This document shows, piece after piece, positions 11,068-21,429 of a DNA stretch of 55,063 nt. Where the stretch lies: the NCBI GenBank assembly GCA_038321985.1, contig JBBQFN010000035.1:1-55063 (forward strand). Reading direction: 5' to 3'. A program made the position numbers and the translations under genes. The notes beneath the pieces are model-generated. The model was not told the DNA's origin. It saw nothing but the letters and a program-made list of their open reading frames with translations, and ran no database searches. This DNA comes from Cyanophyceae cyanobacterium. Lineage in GTDB: Bacteria > Cyanobacteriota > Cyanobacteriia > Cyanobacteriales > Laspinemataceae. How positions within the stretch are numbered: the first letter of the stretch is position 1; each line of letters opens with the position of its first letter.

Positions 11068-11122
11068 TCCGTTGGGGCATACTGCTCCCTAATCCAGCAA
11101 GGGAGCAATATGCCCCAACGGA
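11068..11122 (-). promoter_or_regulatory. Long hairpin in the probable 5' UTR of the substrate-binding gene
   Basis: 23-bp arms and a 9-nt loop. The only mismatch becomes a G-U pair on the minus strand. A TATAGT -10-like hexamer lies on the minus strand at 11153-11158. Confidence 0.6.
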
Positions 11123-11607
11123 CTTGATTAATTGTCAACTTCATTTAGGGTTACTATAGAGGACATTCCGATTAGAATAGGGTTTGCGACTATCAGATAC
11201 AAAACATTGCGAGTGATGTTCTGTGTAGATTAGAGATTTTCACCAGGTGTGTTAATTGAGGTTTACGGACTCAATGATCATACCAGGTTAAGGGAATCAG
11301 GAGATCACCACCTCGGGTCAGATTCACCCCAGACAGCACCCTAACCCTTTCGGGACCGGAGGTCCCAAGCAACCTGCGAATTTGAAAAGCGGTTCGGATC
11401 TGAGTCTGACGGGGCGACTGACTCCTCAAACCCACTGCCACAATGGGAACCGTCCCCTGAGATCTATTCGGACAAAATCCCCGATTTTCGACCCCTTCTT
11501 AATCCCGTTGCGGCGATCGCCTCTATCTAGATCCAGACTGATATCCCGTGAAAAAAAATCAATTAGCCGTGGTACAATTACCCCCAAAGCTATTTCTTTT
11601 AAGACCC

Positions 11608-12060
11608 ATGACCCCTTCAAACCCTATTCTCCCCTTGCCCTTAGAGAAACAATTTCCCTTACCCACTGTAGGCGCACTGGTGGTCAATTCCAGTGGACAA
11701 GTTTTAATTGTAAAAACCACTAAATGGAAAGGAACATGGGGAGTACCAGGAGGCAAAGTAGAATGGGGTGAAACCCTAGAGGCGGCATTGATCAGAGAAT
11801 TTCAAGAAGAAGTCGGTTTAACTTTGAGCAAAATTCGTTTTGCCTTACTCCAAGAATCCGTGCGAGACAGCCAATTTGTTCGGGAAGCCCATTTTATTTT
11901 AATCAATTATTATGCGTTTTCTGAGCAGGAAATCATTACCCCTAATCAAGAAATTGAAGAATGGGTATGGGTAACTTCCTCTCAAGCACTAGACTATCCC
12001 CTCAATACCTATACGCGTCTCTTGGTGGAAGATTATATTCAGCAAAAATTTTCTTTTTAA
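11608..12060 (+). CDS. NUDIX hydrolase
   Basis: Nudix box GGKVEWGETLEAALIREFQEEVGL. Confidence 0.92.
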   Translation: MTPSNPILPLPLEKQFPLPTVGALVVNSSGQVLIVKTTKWKGTWGVPGGKVEWGETLEAALIREFQEEVGLTLSKIRFALLQESVRDSQFVREAHFILINYYAFSEQEIITPNQEIEEWVWVTSSQALDYPLNTYTRLLVEDYIQQKFSF

Positions 12061-12152
12061 AATTGATATTTTTTAATAAATTGTGATAAAAAAATAGAGG
12101 GAGTATATTGACTCCTGTTTATCTAAATTCCTAAAAATGAGGTCAAATTAGA

Positions 12153-12842
12153 ATGCCAGAACCCTTGTATAATCAACAATTCTATGAAAACCAACAACAG
12201 GGATCGATTGAATCCGCTCATGTTATTGTCCCGATGATTCTGAATTTAATTCACCCTCAAAGTGTGGTTGATTTGGGCTGTGGGGTAGGGAGTTGGTTAT
12301 CCGTATTTGATGCCTGTGGCGTTCAGGATTATTTAGGTATAGATGGGGATTATGTAGACCCCACCATGTTGTTAATACCCCCAGCCCACTTTCAAGCGGG
12401 GGACCTCAGCCAGCCCGTCCATTTAGACCGCACGTTTGAATTGGCTATTTCTCTAGAAGTAGCAGAACATCTGCCTGATCAAAAAGCGGAACAGTTCATC
12501 AAAACACTAACCCGTTTAGCCCCCGTTATTCTATTTTCTGCTGCAATACCCTTTCAAGGGGGAACAGGTCATGTAAACGAGCAATGGCCCGAGTATTGGA
12601 AAGCTCATTTTCGACAGTTTGGATATATTATGTTTGACGTGCTTCGAGCCAAGATTTGGGATAATGAAGCGGTGCAACCTTGGTATCGTCAAAATATTTT
12701 TCTTTATCTTAGAGAAGATTGTATTGAAAAATATCCTTTAGTCAAACAAGCAGGGGATAGAGAAACATTTTTGCCTCTTTCATTAGTCCATCCCGAGACT
12801 TATCTCTACAATATAAATCAACAAAAAAGCAGTAATACTTAG
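12153..12842 (+). CDS. Class I SAM-dependent methyltransferase
   Basis: VVDLGCGVG motif I, LAISLEVAEHL, FSAAIPFQGGTGHVNEQW. Confidence 0.9.
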   Translation: MPEPLYNQQFYENQQQGSIESAHVIVPMILNLIHPQSVVDLGCGVGSWLSVFDACGVQDYLGIDGDYVDPTMLLIPPAHFQAGDLSQPVHLDRTFELAISLEVAEHLPDQKAEQFIKTLTRLAPVILFSAAIPFQGGTGHVNEQWPEYWKAHFRQFGYIMFDVLRAKIWDNEAVQPWYRQNIFLYLREDCIEKYPLVKQAGDRETFLPLSLVHPETYLYNINQQKSSNT

Positions 12843-13015
12843 AGAAAAACTGAATATTGGGGAGATAAAAAACCGGATTTTTAGCTAAAGGTTGATTTAT
12901 ACTTTAACTAAAAAAGTTACTAAAAAATTCGACCCTAAACGGAGTGAAGGGGGCAAAGACTTGTCAAGAAGCAGGTTTTGTGGTTTGTTAGAAAAAAGAA
13001 GTATCTGTTAACAAA

Positions 13016-13756
13016 ATGGACCTTAATGGAAAAGTTGCCCTTGTAACTGGGGGTGGAATTCGAGTGGGACGCGCTCTTGTTGTGGCGTTAGCTAAAGCGG
13101 GGTGCGATGTGTTTATTCATTACGGACAATCGGCCCCAGGTGCGGCACAAGCCAAGGCAGAAGCGGAATCTTTGGGGGTGAGGGCGATCGCCTATGGGGC
13201 GGACCTCGCGGATCCTGTAGCGACAGACAGCTTAATTCCCAAAGCATTAGAAGCCTTGGGCAAAGTGGATATTTTAATTAATAGCGCCTCAATTTTTCCC
13301 GACGAAGACCGATTTTCTAAAACCGATGTTGCCTTGTGGGACCGCATTTTTGCGATTAATCTTCGTGCACCATTCCAACTTGCTCAAGCCTTTGCTCAAC
13401 AGATTCCCCCCGACGGGAGAGGCAAAATTATTAATATTAATGATGCCCGAATCCCGCGTCCGAATACGGACCATTTTGCCTATCGTTTGACTAAACGAGG
13501 GTTATGGGATATGACGGAAATTATGGCATTAGAATTAGCACCTCGAATTACGGTCAACGCTTTAGCATTAGGACAAATTCTGGAACCGCCAGGAGAACCC
13601 GACCCTGAAGCATTTCTTAAAGATTTTGCGGAACACTATATCCCCTTAAAATTTTGTGGAAATCCCCAAGTAGTGACCGACAGCGCCCTATTTTTACTTA
13701 AGCAGGATTTTCTCACGGGTAGCACGATTACCCTGGATGGCGGTGAAAATATTTAA
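13016..13756 (+). CDS. SDR oxidoreductase, pteridine reductase (PTR1/FolM)-like
   Basis: TGGGIRVG (Arg in the Gly-rich loop, as in PTR1/FolM), LINSASIF, YRLTK catalytic motif, FLTGSTITLDGG. Confidence 0.85.
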   Translation: MDLNGKVALVTGGGIRVGRALVVALAKAGCDVFIHYGQSAPGAAQAKAEAESLGVRAIAYGADLADPVATDSLIPKALEALGKVDILINSASIFPDEDRFSKTDVALWDRIFAINLRAPFQLAQAFAQQIPPDGRGKIININDARIPRPNTDHFAYRLTKRGLWDMTEIMALELAPRITVNALALGQILEPPGEPDPEAFLKDFAEHYIPLKFCGNPQVVTDSALFLLKQDFLTGSTITLDGGENI

Positions 13757-13757
13757 G

Positions 13758-14654
13758 TTAGACAGTGAGGGTTGAAAGCGCTTCTAATTCAGGTTTAAAC
13801 CACTTGGCGTGCCCATTCGCTGTCAAGTCCAGAAATTGCTCTAAATTTTGGCAGCGTCCCTCCTGCATATATTGATAAAACACGCGATTTAGGCGCTGGT
13901 TTTCAAAGAACTCAGCGATCGCAGCGAGGCGAATCGAGTCCGTGAGTTCCACTTCCCCGGCTTGCACCGCCTCCAAAATTTGCTGATAGCCCATTTCCAT
14001 AGTCTCGAAGGCTTTTGGGGATTGAGTAATCGAGTTATCGCGCTTGTAATAGCGATATAAAGACTCCGGATGAATTGCCATTTTTTCAACTCGGCTTAAG
14101 AGTTCCAAATTAAACAAAACATCAGCAGCAAAAGCCACTTTTTTCCAACCTTTTCCCAAAAATTCTCGGCGGAATACGGGGAAAAAAGGAACACGGGGGG
14201 CGAGGATATCCTGCGCTGTTGCCCAGGATACGGTGATGCGATCGCTAAATGGGCGCTTATAGAGAATTAAATCTTGATTATGCACTCCGGTATTGTCGAT
14301 CGCCGCCCCATATTCCATTGCCAAAGGCACCAGTTCAACAAGACGGTTTGGTGTATAGGCATCATCTGCGTCTAGGTTAGCCAAAATTTCACCCGTAGCA
14401 ATGCTCGTTGCTGCGTTGCGGGCGGGGGATTCTCCCGTACCCCAGCCTTCGGTGTAGGCTTGTTTTAGTCTCGGATCCTGAATGCCTTGCTCAGCAAGAA
14501 CCCCTAAATAATCTACCCCGTCATTTGAACCGATCACCGCTTCCCAGTTGCCATAGTTCTGTTCTAGAAGGCTTTGAATTGTAAAGGCGATCGTTTCTTG
14601 AGCGCGATAGGCTGGAATGATGATGCTAACTAAAGGTTCAACAGGGTTGTTCAT
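13758..14654 (-). CDS. Glycosyltransferase family 2
   Basis: VSIIIPAY...ARNAA...LDADD. Confidence 0.88.
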   Translation of the reverse strand: MNNPVEPLVSIIIPAYRAQETIAFTIQSLLEQNYGNWEAVIGSNDGVDYLGVLAEQGIQDPRLKQAYTEGWGTGESPARNAATSIATGEILANLDADDAYTPNRLVELVPLAMEYGAAIDNTGVHNQDLILYKRPFSDRITVSWATAQDILAPRVPFFPVFRREFLGKGWKKVAFAADVLFNLELLSRVEKMAIHPESLYRYYKRDNSITQSPKAFETMEMGYQQILEAVQAGEVELTDSIRLAAIAEFFENQRLNRVFYQYMQEGRCQNLEQFLDLTANGHAKWFKPELEALSTLTV

Positions 14655-14838
14655 GCTTTCTGTATGCTTTGACAGCTAAATTTGGCCTAAAATTTGACAG
14701 CTTGCAACCGGCCAAAGTAGGCGATCGCCTACTTTGGCTCAAATCCTACAAAAAAGGGTGGACTCCAAACCCGATTTTTTAAAAAAATCCCTAAAGTTTT
14801 ACCCTCATCAAAAGAAAGACTCAGTAACGGTTCTCCTT

Positions 14839-15207
14839 TTAGAAAGCGTCACTTTTAGACCGAATAATTTCCACCGCAATTTTACCGGGAAAATCAGGAA
14901 TAGGAGCCGTGAGTTTAGTTAAACGAACCCTAATTTTTTGAGCGCGATCGCATTCCAAAATAGAGCGAGCAATGAGGGCGGCCAAATGTTCGATGGTATT
15001 GACCTTAGAGGTTTGAATTAGATGGCGCACGCGATCAACCACCTGCCGATAATCTAAGGTTTCTTCCAGGAGATCGCTTTTTCCCACCGCTAGTAAATCA
15101 ACCCATAGGGTTAAATCCACTTCAAACCATTGACCGAGCATCCGTTCCTCGGCAAAAAAGCCCGTATAGCCGTAATAACGCAGCCCCGTAATTTCGATCG
15201 CGTCCAT
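14839..15207 (-). CDS. folB: Dihydroneopterin aldolase
   Basis: MDAIEITGLRYYGYTG...ERMLGQWFEVDL...TLDY...KLTAPIPDFPG. Confidence 0.93.
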   Translation of the reverse strand: MDAIEITGLRYYGYTGFFAEERMLGQWFEVDLTLWVDLLAVGKSDLLEETLDYRQVVDRVRHLIQTSKVNTIEHLAALIARSILECDRAQKIRVRLTKLTAPIPDFPGKIAVEIIRSKSDAF

Positions 15208-15571
15208 TTGTTCTACCGATTTGTCCATGTTTTACCACAATTCAATCCCTGGTTTATGTCCGGATGTTGGACATCTTTCCCGACTGCCAGTCCCGAAGAT
15301 ATTCAGGGCCAAACTATCCTACCCCAAACCGCCCTCGCCGATCCCCACCCTGGCACAATCTTGTTGCAAAACTTTACCCGAATTGGGAGAGCCGCCAAGG
15401 GCCACTGCCGCCAATCCAACCCAGGCCATCCCAACCGCCCAGGCGATCGCCTCTCAGGATCCCCCAATCATTCTCGCCACACAGCGATAAAATGATTGAG
15501 CGACTTTAAGTCGTCAGAGTCTGTCAGCACCCGTGGCAGCAAACTCACCCCTTCTCAAAACAAAAACGGTT

Positions 15572-16294
15572 ATGGTTGCGGAAAAACTTTATGAAGGCAA
15601 AGCAAAAATCCTCTATAGCACCGAGGACCCGGAGGTTGTCCTCTCCCGGTTCAAAGATGATGCCACCGCCTTTAATGCCCTTAAACGGGGGACTATAGAA
15701 GGAAAAGGGCAAATCAACTGTGCGATCGGTACGGCCCTATTTAACCTGCTGGAATCTAAAGGAATCCCCACCCATTTTATCGAGCAAACCCAGCCGAACG
15801 AAATGCGGGTCAAACGGGTGCAAATTGTCCCCCTAGAGGTCGTCGTTCGTAATATTGCCGCAGGAAGTTTGTGCAAGCAAACCGGCATTCCCCAGGGGAC
15901 GATACTCAAACAGCCGCTTGTGGAATTTTTCTATAAAAACGACGAACTCGGGGATCCGCTGTTAACCCGCGATCGCCTGCTTTTATTAGAACTTGCTACC
16001 CTAGAACAACTAGAGCAACTCCGGACAATGGCGTTGCAAATCAACCAGATTCTCTCCGAATTTTTTCATCAGTGTCAAATTATCCTAGTGGACTTTAAAC
16101 TAGAGTTCGGATTCGATGCCCAAGGGAACCTAATTCTAGCCGATGAAATCAGTCCTGATACTTGCAGGCTGTGGGATGAATCCCAGACGGATCCCACTTC
16201 CCGAATTATGGATAAAGACCGCTTTCGTCAAGATTTGGGAAACGTAGAAAACGCCTACCGTGCCGTCTTGGAACGGGTACTTTCTCACCTATGA
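15572..16294 (+). CDS. purC: SAICAR synthetase
   Basis: LYEGKAK, KDDATAFN, PLEVVVRNIAAGS, LVDFKLEFG, LADEISPDTCRLWD. Alternative GTG start at 15533. Confidence 0.97.
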   Translation: MVAEKLYEGKAKILYSTEDPEVVLSRFKDDATAFNALKRGTIEGKGQINCAIGTALFNLLESKGIPTHFIEQTQPNEMRVKRVQIVPLEVVVRNIAAGSLCKQTGIPQGTILKQPLVEFFYKNDELGDPLLTRDRLLLLELATLEQLEQLRTMALQINQILSEFFHQCQIILVDFKLEFGFDAQGNLILADEISPDTCRLWDESQTDPTSRIMDKDRFRQDLGNVENAYRAVLERVLSHL

Positions 16295-16434
16295 ACTTAA
16301 GAGTCAGTCGGATTAATTATCCCTAACTACTCAGAAAGAAGGGAGGAGAATTTAATTTCTTCAGGAATTGTGGTGACTAACTCTTGTATCCTTTCTTTTG
16401 GTTTCTCTGCACGTGCCAAATAACGACTAAACCC

Positions 16435-18996
16435 ATGCGCTTATCTCCTGTTTTGTCAGCAGTTCTTGCTGTTGGTGCCCTTCTGAGTATTGCTAACCCC
16501 AGTCGGGGAGAGACCTCGGCTCTCTTGGCCCCATCTCCAACCGAACCTTCAATGAAACTCGGCGATCCGATGACAACGGACAATGCTGAGCGATCGCCGA
16601 CTTCTCCCGTAGACTTGGCTAAGTCTTCCGTGATTGAGGGTATTGAAAGTATTGAGAGTCTTGAAATTATTGAGAATGGGGATGCGGCGAGTTCTGCTGT
16701 AACTCAGGGACAATTAGAGGAGAACACCGCTACACCTGATTTTCTCCAAGCATCAGAGGCAAATCGACCCACAGAAGAATTGAGCCAGGGGGATGTCAGC
16801 GAAGAGATTCCCCTGATTGGATCGCAACCCTCTGTTTTAGTAGAAACTTGGGTTGAGGCAGCGGCCCCACCGGAAGAGACTCAGCCACAGCAGGCAATTA
16901 CAGCCACCGCAGCAGAGCGCCCGAGCCAATCCCCTGCGGAACTCTTGACTACACAGCCGTTACAACAATCGAAAGACTGGAACCGGGCGATCGCTCAAGA
17001 CCCCACCCCAAGCGAGACCTCCGAACCCGAGGTCATAGAAGCCGAACCCTCCACTCGTCCCGTCATCCCGGAACCCACCCTAGAACCGAGACTGGAATCG
17101 GCACCGGAACCCACCCTAGAACCGAGGCTGGAACCGACCCCGGAACCCACCCTAGAACCGAGGCGGGAACCGACCCCGGGGCGGACTATACCCCCTCGGC
17201 AAATTCCCCCCCAGTCCCAACCCGAAACCCAAGCAGAACCGCAAGTTTTGGTGGCTGAAGTCGTCGTCAGTGGCGTCGAAGGACAACTTCAAGATGAAGT
17301 CTATCAAGTCATTTCCCTGCGTCCAGGACAGACCACCACCCGGTCCCAGCTGCAACAGGATATCAACGCTATTTTTGCCACCGGCTATTTTTCCAACGTC
17401 CGGGCCGAACCTCAAGACACCCCCCTCGGCGTCCGGGTCACCTTTGTAGTCGAGTCCAACCCGGTTTTAACCGGCGTAGAAGTCCGGGGAAATCAAGTCC
17501 TGCCCCAAACCGTTATTGATGAAATTTTCGCCGAGCAGTATGGTGATATCCTTAACCTGCGAGACTTTCAGGAAGGCATCAAACGGCTAAACGAATGGTA
17601 TCAAGAAAATGGCTACGTCTTGGCACAAGTCATTGACACCCCCCAAGTCGCCGGTGATGGTACCGTCGTTCTGGAAGTCGCCGAAGGGGTCGTCGAGAAT
17701 ATTGAAATCCGCTTCCTCAACAAAGAAGGGGAACTTGTAGATGCTGAAGGACAACCGATTCGAGGCCGGACTCGGGAATACATTGTCACCCGGGAACTCG
17801 AATTAGAACCCGGAGAAGTTTTTAACCGCCAAACCATTGAACGGGATTTACAGCGAGTATTTGGACTCGGCATTTTTGAAGATGTCCAAATTTCCCTCAA
17901 CCCCGGCCAAAATCCTCGTAACGTTGTCGTTGTGGTCAACGTCTTAGAGAAAAGTACCGGCTCGATCGCGGCCGGTGCCGGGATTAGTTCCGCCAGTGGT
18001 TTATTTGGAACTTTGAGTGTGCAAGAGCAAAACCTATTTGGGAGAAATCTCAGATTAGGGACCGAGTTGCAAATTGGACAGCGCGAAGTGCTGTTCGATG
18101 TCAACTTTACCGACCCCTGGATTGCCGGTTCCGAGAGCCGTACCTCCTACACCGCCAACCTTTTCCGACGACGCTCTATCTCCTTTATTTTTGATGGTGG
18201 CGATCCTGAAGTCGAGCTCCCCGAGGAGGGGGGCCGTCCTCGAATTTTGCGCTTTGGCGGGGGAGTTACCTTTTCCCGTCCCCTAGATAATGGCTGGAGA
18301 GCGTCATTAGGGACCCAATATCAGCGGGTCAGCACCCGAGACGACGATGGGGATATCGCCCGAACTGATGAACAGGGAAACGATTTGAGCTTTAGTGGGA
18401 AGGGTCGGGACGATTTGTTCACCTTCCAATTGAGTGGAACCCGAGATTTACGCAATAGTGCGTTGCAGCCGACCTCCGGCAGTCTTCTGCGGGTGAGTAC
18501 AGAACAATCGGTTCCGATTGGCCTAGGTAGTATTTTCTTCAATCGGATCCGGGGCAGTTACAACTACTACATCCCGGTTAACTTAATTCGCTTTTCTGAA
18601 GGACCCCAAACCTTTGCTTTGAGCCTGCAAGGGGGGACCGTCCTGGGAGATTTACCCCCGTATGAAGCCTTTTCCCTCGGCGGTACCACCACAGTGCGCG
18701 GTTACGATGAAGGGGCGGTGGGAACCGGACGCAGTTTCGTGCAAGGGTCCGCCGAGTATCGCTTCCCCATCTACTCCGTGGTAGGCGGTGCGCTTTTTGT
18801 TGATGCGGCCACGGACCTAGGAACTGGGGGCAACGTTCCAGGACGACCGGCAGAGGTCCGTAACAAGCCGGGTAGTGGTTTTGGGTATGGGGTTGGAGTG
18901 AGAATCCAATCGCCTCTGGGTCCGATTCGGGTAGATTTCGCCCTTAATGATGATGGAGACAGTCGCTTCCACTTTGGTCTTGGCGAACGATTCTAG
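16435..18996 (+). CDS. bamA: Omp85/BamA outer-membrane assembly factor with long Pro/Glu-rich N-terminus
   Basis: MRLSPVL signal peptide, POTRA domains, VRGY motif, C-terminal FHFGLGERF. Located upstream of lpxC. Confidence 0.93.
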   Translation: MRLSPVLSAVLAVGALLSIANPSRGETSALLAPSPTEPSMKLGDPMTTDNAERSPTSPVDLAKSSVIEGIESIESLEIIENGDAASSAVTQGQLEENTATPDFLQASEANRPTEELSQGDVSEEIPLIGSQPSVLVETWVEAAAPPEETQPQQAITATAAERPSQSPAELLTTQPLQQSKDWNRAIAQDPTPSETSEPEVIEAEPSTRPVIPEPTLEPRLESAPEPTLEPRLEPTPEPTLEPRREPTPGRTIPPRQIPPQSQPETQAEPQVLVAEVVVSGVEGQLQDEVYQVISLRPGQTTTRSQLQQDINAIFATGYFSNVRAEPQDTPLGVRVTFVVESNPVLTGVEVRGNQVLPQTVIDEIFAEQYGDILNLRDFQEGIKRLNEWYQENGYVLAQVIDTPQVAGDGTVVLEVAEGVVENIEIRFLNKEGELVDAEGQPIRGRTREYIVTRELELEPGEVFNRQTIERDLQRVFGLGIFEDVQISLNPGQNPRNVVVVVNVLEKSTGSIAAGAGISSASGLFGTLSVQEQNLFGRNLRLGTELQIGQREVLFDVNFTDPWIAGSESRTSYTANLFRRRSISFIFDGGDPEVELPEEGGRPRILRFGGGVTFSRPLDNGWRASLGTQYQRVSTRDDDGDIARTDEQGNDLSFSGKGRDDLFTFQLSGTRDLRNSALQPTSGSLLRVSTEQSVPIGLGSIFFNRIRGSYNYYIPVNLIRFSEGPQTFALSLQGGTVLGDLPPYEAFSLGGTTTVRGYDEGAVGTGRSFVQGSAEYRFPIYSVVGGALFVDAATDLGTGGNVPGRPAEVRNKPGSGFGYGVGVRIQSPLGPIRVDFALNDDGDSRFHFGLGERF
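17068..17175 (+). repeat. Three 36-bp tandem repeats ([12 protein letters not shown]) in bamA
   Basis: ccggaacccaccctagaaccgag at 17068, 17104 and 17140. Confidence 0.9.
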
Positions 18997-19009
18997 AAAA
19001 TATTGCCCC

Positions 19010-19885
19010 ATGACTCCCTCGAAGAATCTGCTTATTTTAAAATCCCTGCCTCACCAAAGTTTAGGGGCATCCGTGGAACTCTCCGGGGTGGGATTGCATA
19101 CGGGAACCTTAACTACGGTAAAGGTATTACCCGGTGCACCGGGGGAAGGACGCAATTTTGTCCGGGTGGACCTCCCCGGCTGTCCGGTGATTCCCGCTAC
19201 AGTTGATGCAGTTTGTCAGACTACCCTTTCAACGGAACTGGCGATCGCCGAGGCATCGGTGCGAACGGTGGAACACCTGTTAGCCGCGTTAATCACTATG
19301 GGGGTGGATGATGCTCGGATTGAAGTGGATGGACCGGAACTCCCGCTATTAGATGGGTCAGCCCTGCCTTGGGTCGAGGCGATCGCCCAAGTGGGTCTCG
19401 TCCCCACAACCCCAGAGAAACCGTCTGCACCTTCTCCCCTCCCCTTACCGATTTCCGTTTACGAAGGGGATGCCTTTGTCTCGGCCCTCCCCTCGGATGA
19501 ACTGCGATTTAGTTATGGCATTGATTTTCCCGAACCGGCGATCGGTAATCAGTGGCACAGTTGGTCCCCCAGTCATTCCAGCTTTGCCATAGACATCGCT
19601 CCAGCACGCACTTTTGGCCTAGCCCGTCAAATCGAACAACTCCAGGCAGCCGGTTTAATTAAAGGGGGCAGTTTGGATAATGCCTTGGTTTGCTCAGAAA
19701 CCGGATGGATAAATCCCCCCCTAAGATTTGCAAATGAACCAGTGCGTCATAAAATTTTAGACTTAGTAGGAGATCTGAGTTTACTCGGCCCTCTGCCCCT
19801 GGCTCATTTTATTGCTTACAAAGCCAGCCATAAGCTGCATATCCAGCTTGTGCGCTTGCTGGTCAAATCAACCGTTCAGATTTAA
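19010..19885 (+). CDS. lpxC: UDP-3-O-acyl-GlcNAc deacetylase
   Basis: [38 protein letters not shown]. Confidence 0.96.
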   Translation: MTPSKNLLILKSLPHQSLGASVELSGVGLHTGTLTTVKVLPGAPGEGRNFVRVDLPGCPVIPATVDAVCQTTLSTELAIAEASVRTVEHLLAALITMGVDDARIEVDGPELPLLDGSALPWVEAIAQVGLVPTTPEKPSAPSPLPLPISVYEGDAFVSALPSDELRFSYGIDFPEPAIGNQWHSWSPSHSSFAIDIAPARTFGLARQIEQLQAAGLIKGGSLDNALVCSETGWINPPLRFANEPVRHKILDLVGDLSLLGPLPLAHFIAYKASHKLHIQLVRLLVKSTVQI

Positions 19886-19952
19886 AGAGGCGGGCGGGGT
19901 TTTTGACAACTCTCTCCCCTCTCGATCCAGACCCTATCCACCGAACCTACTC

Positions 19953-20483
19953 ATGACCACTTCTATTAAAGTTAATTCCGTTCAATCAGCCGAGTCTACC
20001 CCGATAGAGACAGAAAGCCAGCCACCCCATGGGACCGGGACTCTCCCCAAAACCATGTTCACCTTAGAAGAAGTTCAGCAACTGCTACCGCACCGTTATC
20101 CGTTTGCCTTAGTGGACCGGATTATCGACTACGTTCAGGGGGAACGCGCGGTTGGGATTAAAAATGTCACCTTTAACGAGCCTCATTTTCAAGGACACTT
20201 TCCCGGGCGTCCGATCATGCCTGGGGTGTTAATTGTGGAAGCGATGGCACAAGTGGGTGGTGTGGTGCTGACTCAGTATCCGGGAATGGAAGGGAGTTTA
20301 TTTTTATTCGCCGGTATTGATAAAGTCCGCTTCCGTCGTCAAGTCATCCCCGGCGATCAACTGGTGATGACCACTGAAGTGCTGCGGGTGTCACAACGGC
20401 GTATCGCCAAGATGCACGCTCGTGCTGAAGTAGATGGGCAATTAGTGACAGAAGGGGAACTCCTGTTCTCCCGAGTGGACTAA
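19953..20483 (+). CDS. fabZ: 3-hydroxyacyl-ACP dehydratase
   Basis: [33 protein letters not shown]. Confidence 0.96.
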   Translation: MTTSIKVNSVQSAESTPIETESQPPHGTGTLPKTMFTLEEVQQLLPHRYPFALVDRIIDYVQGERAVGIKNVTFNEPHFQGHFPGRPIMPGVLIVEAMAQVGGVVLTQYPGMEGSLFLFAGIDKVRFRRQVIPGDQLVMTTEVLRVSQRRIAKMHARAEVDGQLVTEGELLFSRVD

Positions 20484-20517
20484 ACAGGAAATTATATAAG
20501 TGAGGAGTGAGCGGGAA

Positions 20518-20545
20518 GAATTGAGAATTGAGAATTGAGAATTGA
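20518..20545 (+). repeat. Heptamer short tandem repeat (GAATTGA x4), STRR-type
   Basis: gaattga repeated four times between fabZ and lpxA. Confidence 0.9.
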
Positions 20546-20606
20546 GCCAGGTTGAAGGGTCAACGGTTAATTCTTTTTTCTTCCTTTTTCCTTCTTCTAC
20601 TATTTT

Positions 20607-21419
20607 ATGAAAACTCTGATTCATCCGACTGCGGTTATCCATCCGGATGCAGAACTTCACCCGACCGTTGAGGTAGGGGCTTATGCCGTGATTGGGGCGG
20701 GAGTGAAAGTTGGCCCAGATACGACAATTGGTGCTCATGTCGCGATCGAGGGTTGCACGGAAATCGGGGCGCGAAATCGCATTTTTCCAGGGGCAGCGAT
20801 CGGGTTTGAGCCACAGGATCTTAAGTATTCTGGGGCTTCAAGTCTCACAAAAATAGGGGATGGTAACACGATTCGCGAGTATGTGACTATCAATCGAGCC
20901 ACTGGGGAGGGAGAGGCGACGGCGATCGGCAACGATAACTTGTTAATGGCCTATGTTCATATCGCTCACAATTGTGAAATTGGCGATCGCGTGGTAATTA
21001 CCAATACGGTGCAACTCGCGGGTCACGTTCGCATTGAAAATCACGCCAGAATTGGCGGAGTCCTGGGCATTCACCAGTTCGTGCATATTGGGGAACTGGC
21101 AATGGTAGGGGGCATGACGCGCATCGATCGCGATGTACCGCCCTATATGTTGGTCGAAGGCAATCCCTCGCGGGTGCGATCGCTCAACGTAATCGGTCTT
21201 AAACGTGCCGGAATCTCCCCGGATGACCTAAGTCTGCTCAAAAAAGCCTTTCGCCTGATTTATCGTTCTGACGACTCGTTTAAGCGCGCTCTGACCCAAT
21301 TAGCGGAACTGCCAAATAGCCCTTATCTTTTCCATCTGTCTGAGTTCTTGCACCAGTCCATCACTGCCGAGCGTCGCGGGCCGATTCCCGGACGGCGACG
21401 CAGTTCTAGTCAGGATTAA
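20607..21419 (+). CDS. lpxA: UDP-GlcNAc acyltransferase
   Basis: IHPTAVIHP hexapeptide repeats, PQDLKY, IREYVTINRAT, HIAHNC, IHQFVHIG. Confidence 0.97.
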   Translation: MKTLIHPTAVIHPDAELHPTVEVGAYAVIGAGVKVGPDTTIGAHVAIEGCTEIGARNRIFPGAAIGFEPQDLKYSGASSLTKIGDGNTIREYVTINRATGEGEATAIGNDNLLMAYVHIAHNCEIGDRVVITNTVQLAGHVRIENHARIGGVLGIHQFVHIGELAMVGGMTRIDRDVPPYMLVEGNPSRVRSLNVIGLKRAGISPDDLSLLKKAFRLIYRSDDSFKRALTQLAELPNSPYLFHLSEFLHQSITAERRGPIPGRRRSSSQD

Positions 21420-21429
21420 GGGGTAACCC

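Noticed and set aside
11184..11201. NtcA site upstream of the ABC importer
   Set aside because: Only one half of GTA-N8-TAC matches, and the spacing to the -10-like hexamer is not canonical.
15130..15509. Overlapping Pro-rich ORFs between folB and purC
   Set aside because: Three frames are open in C-rich DNA with no recognisable motif or RBS; this is most likely a divergent promoter region.
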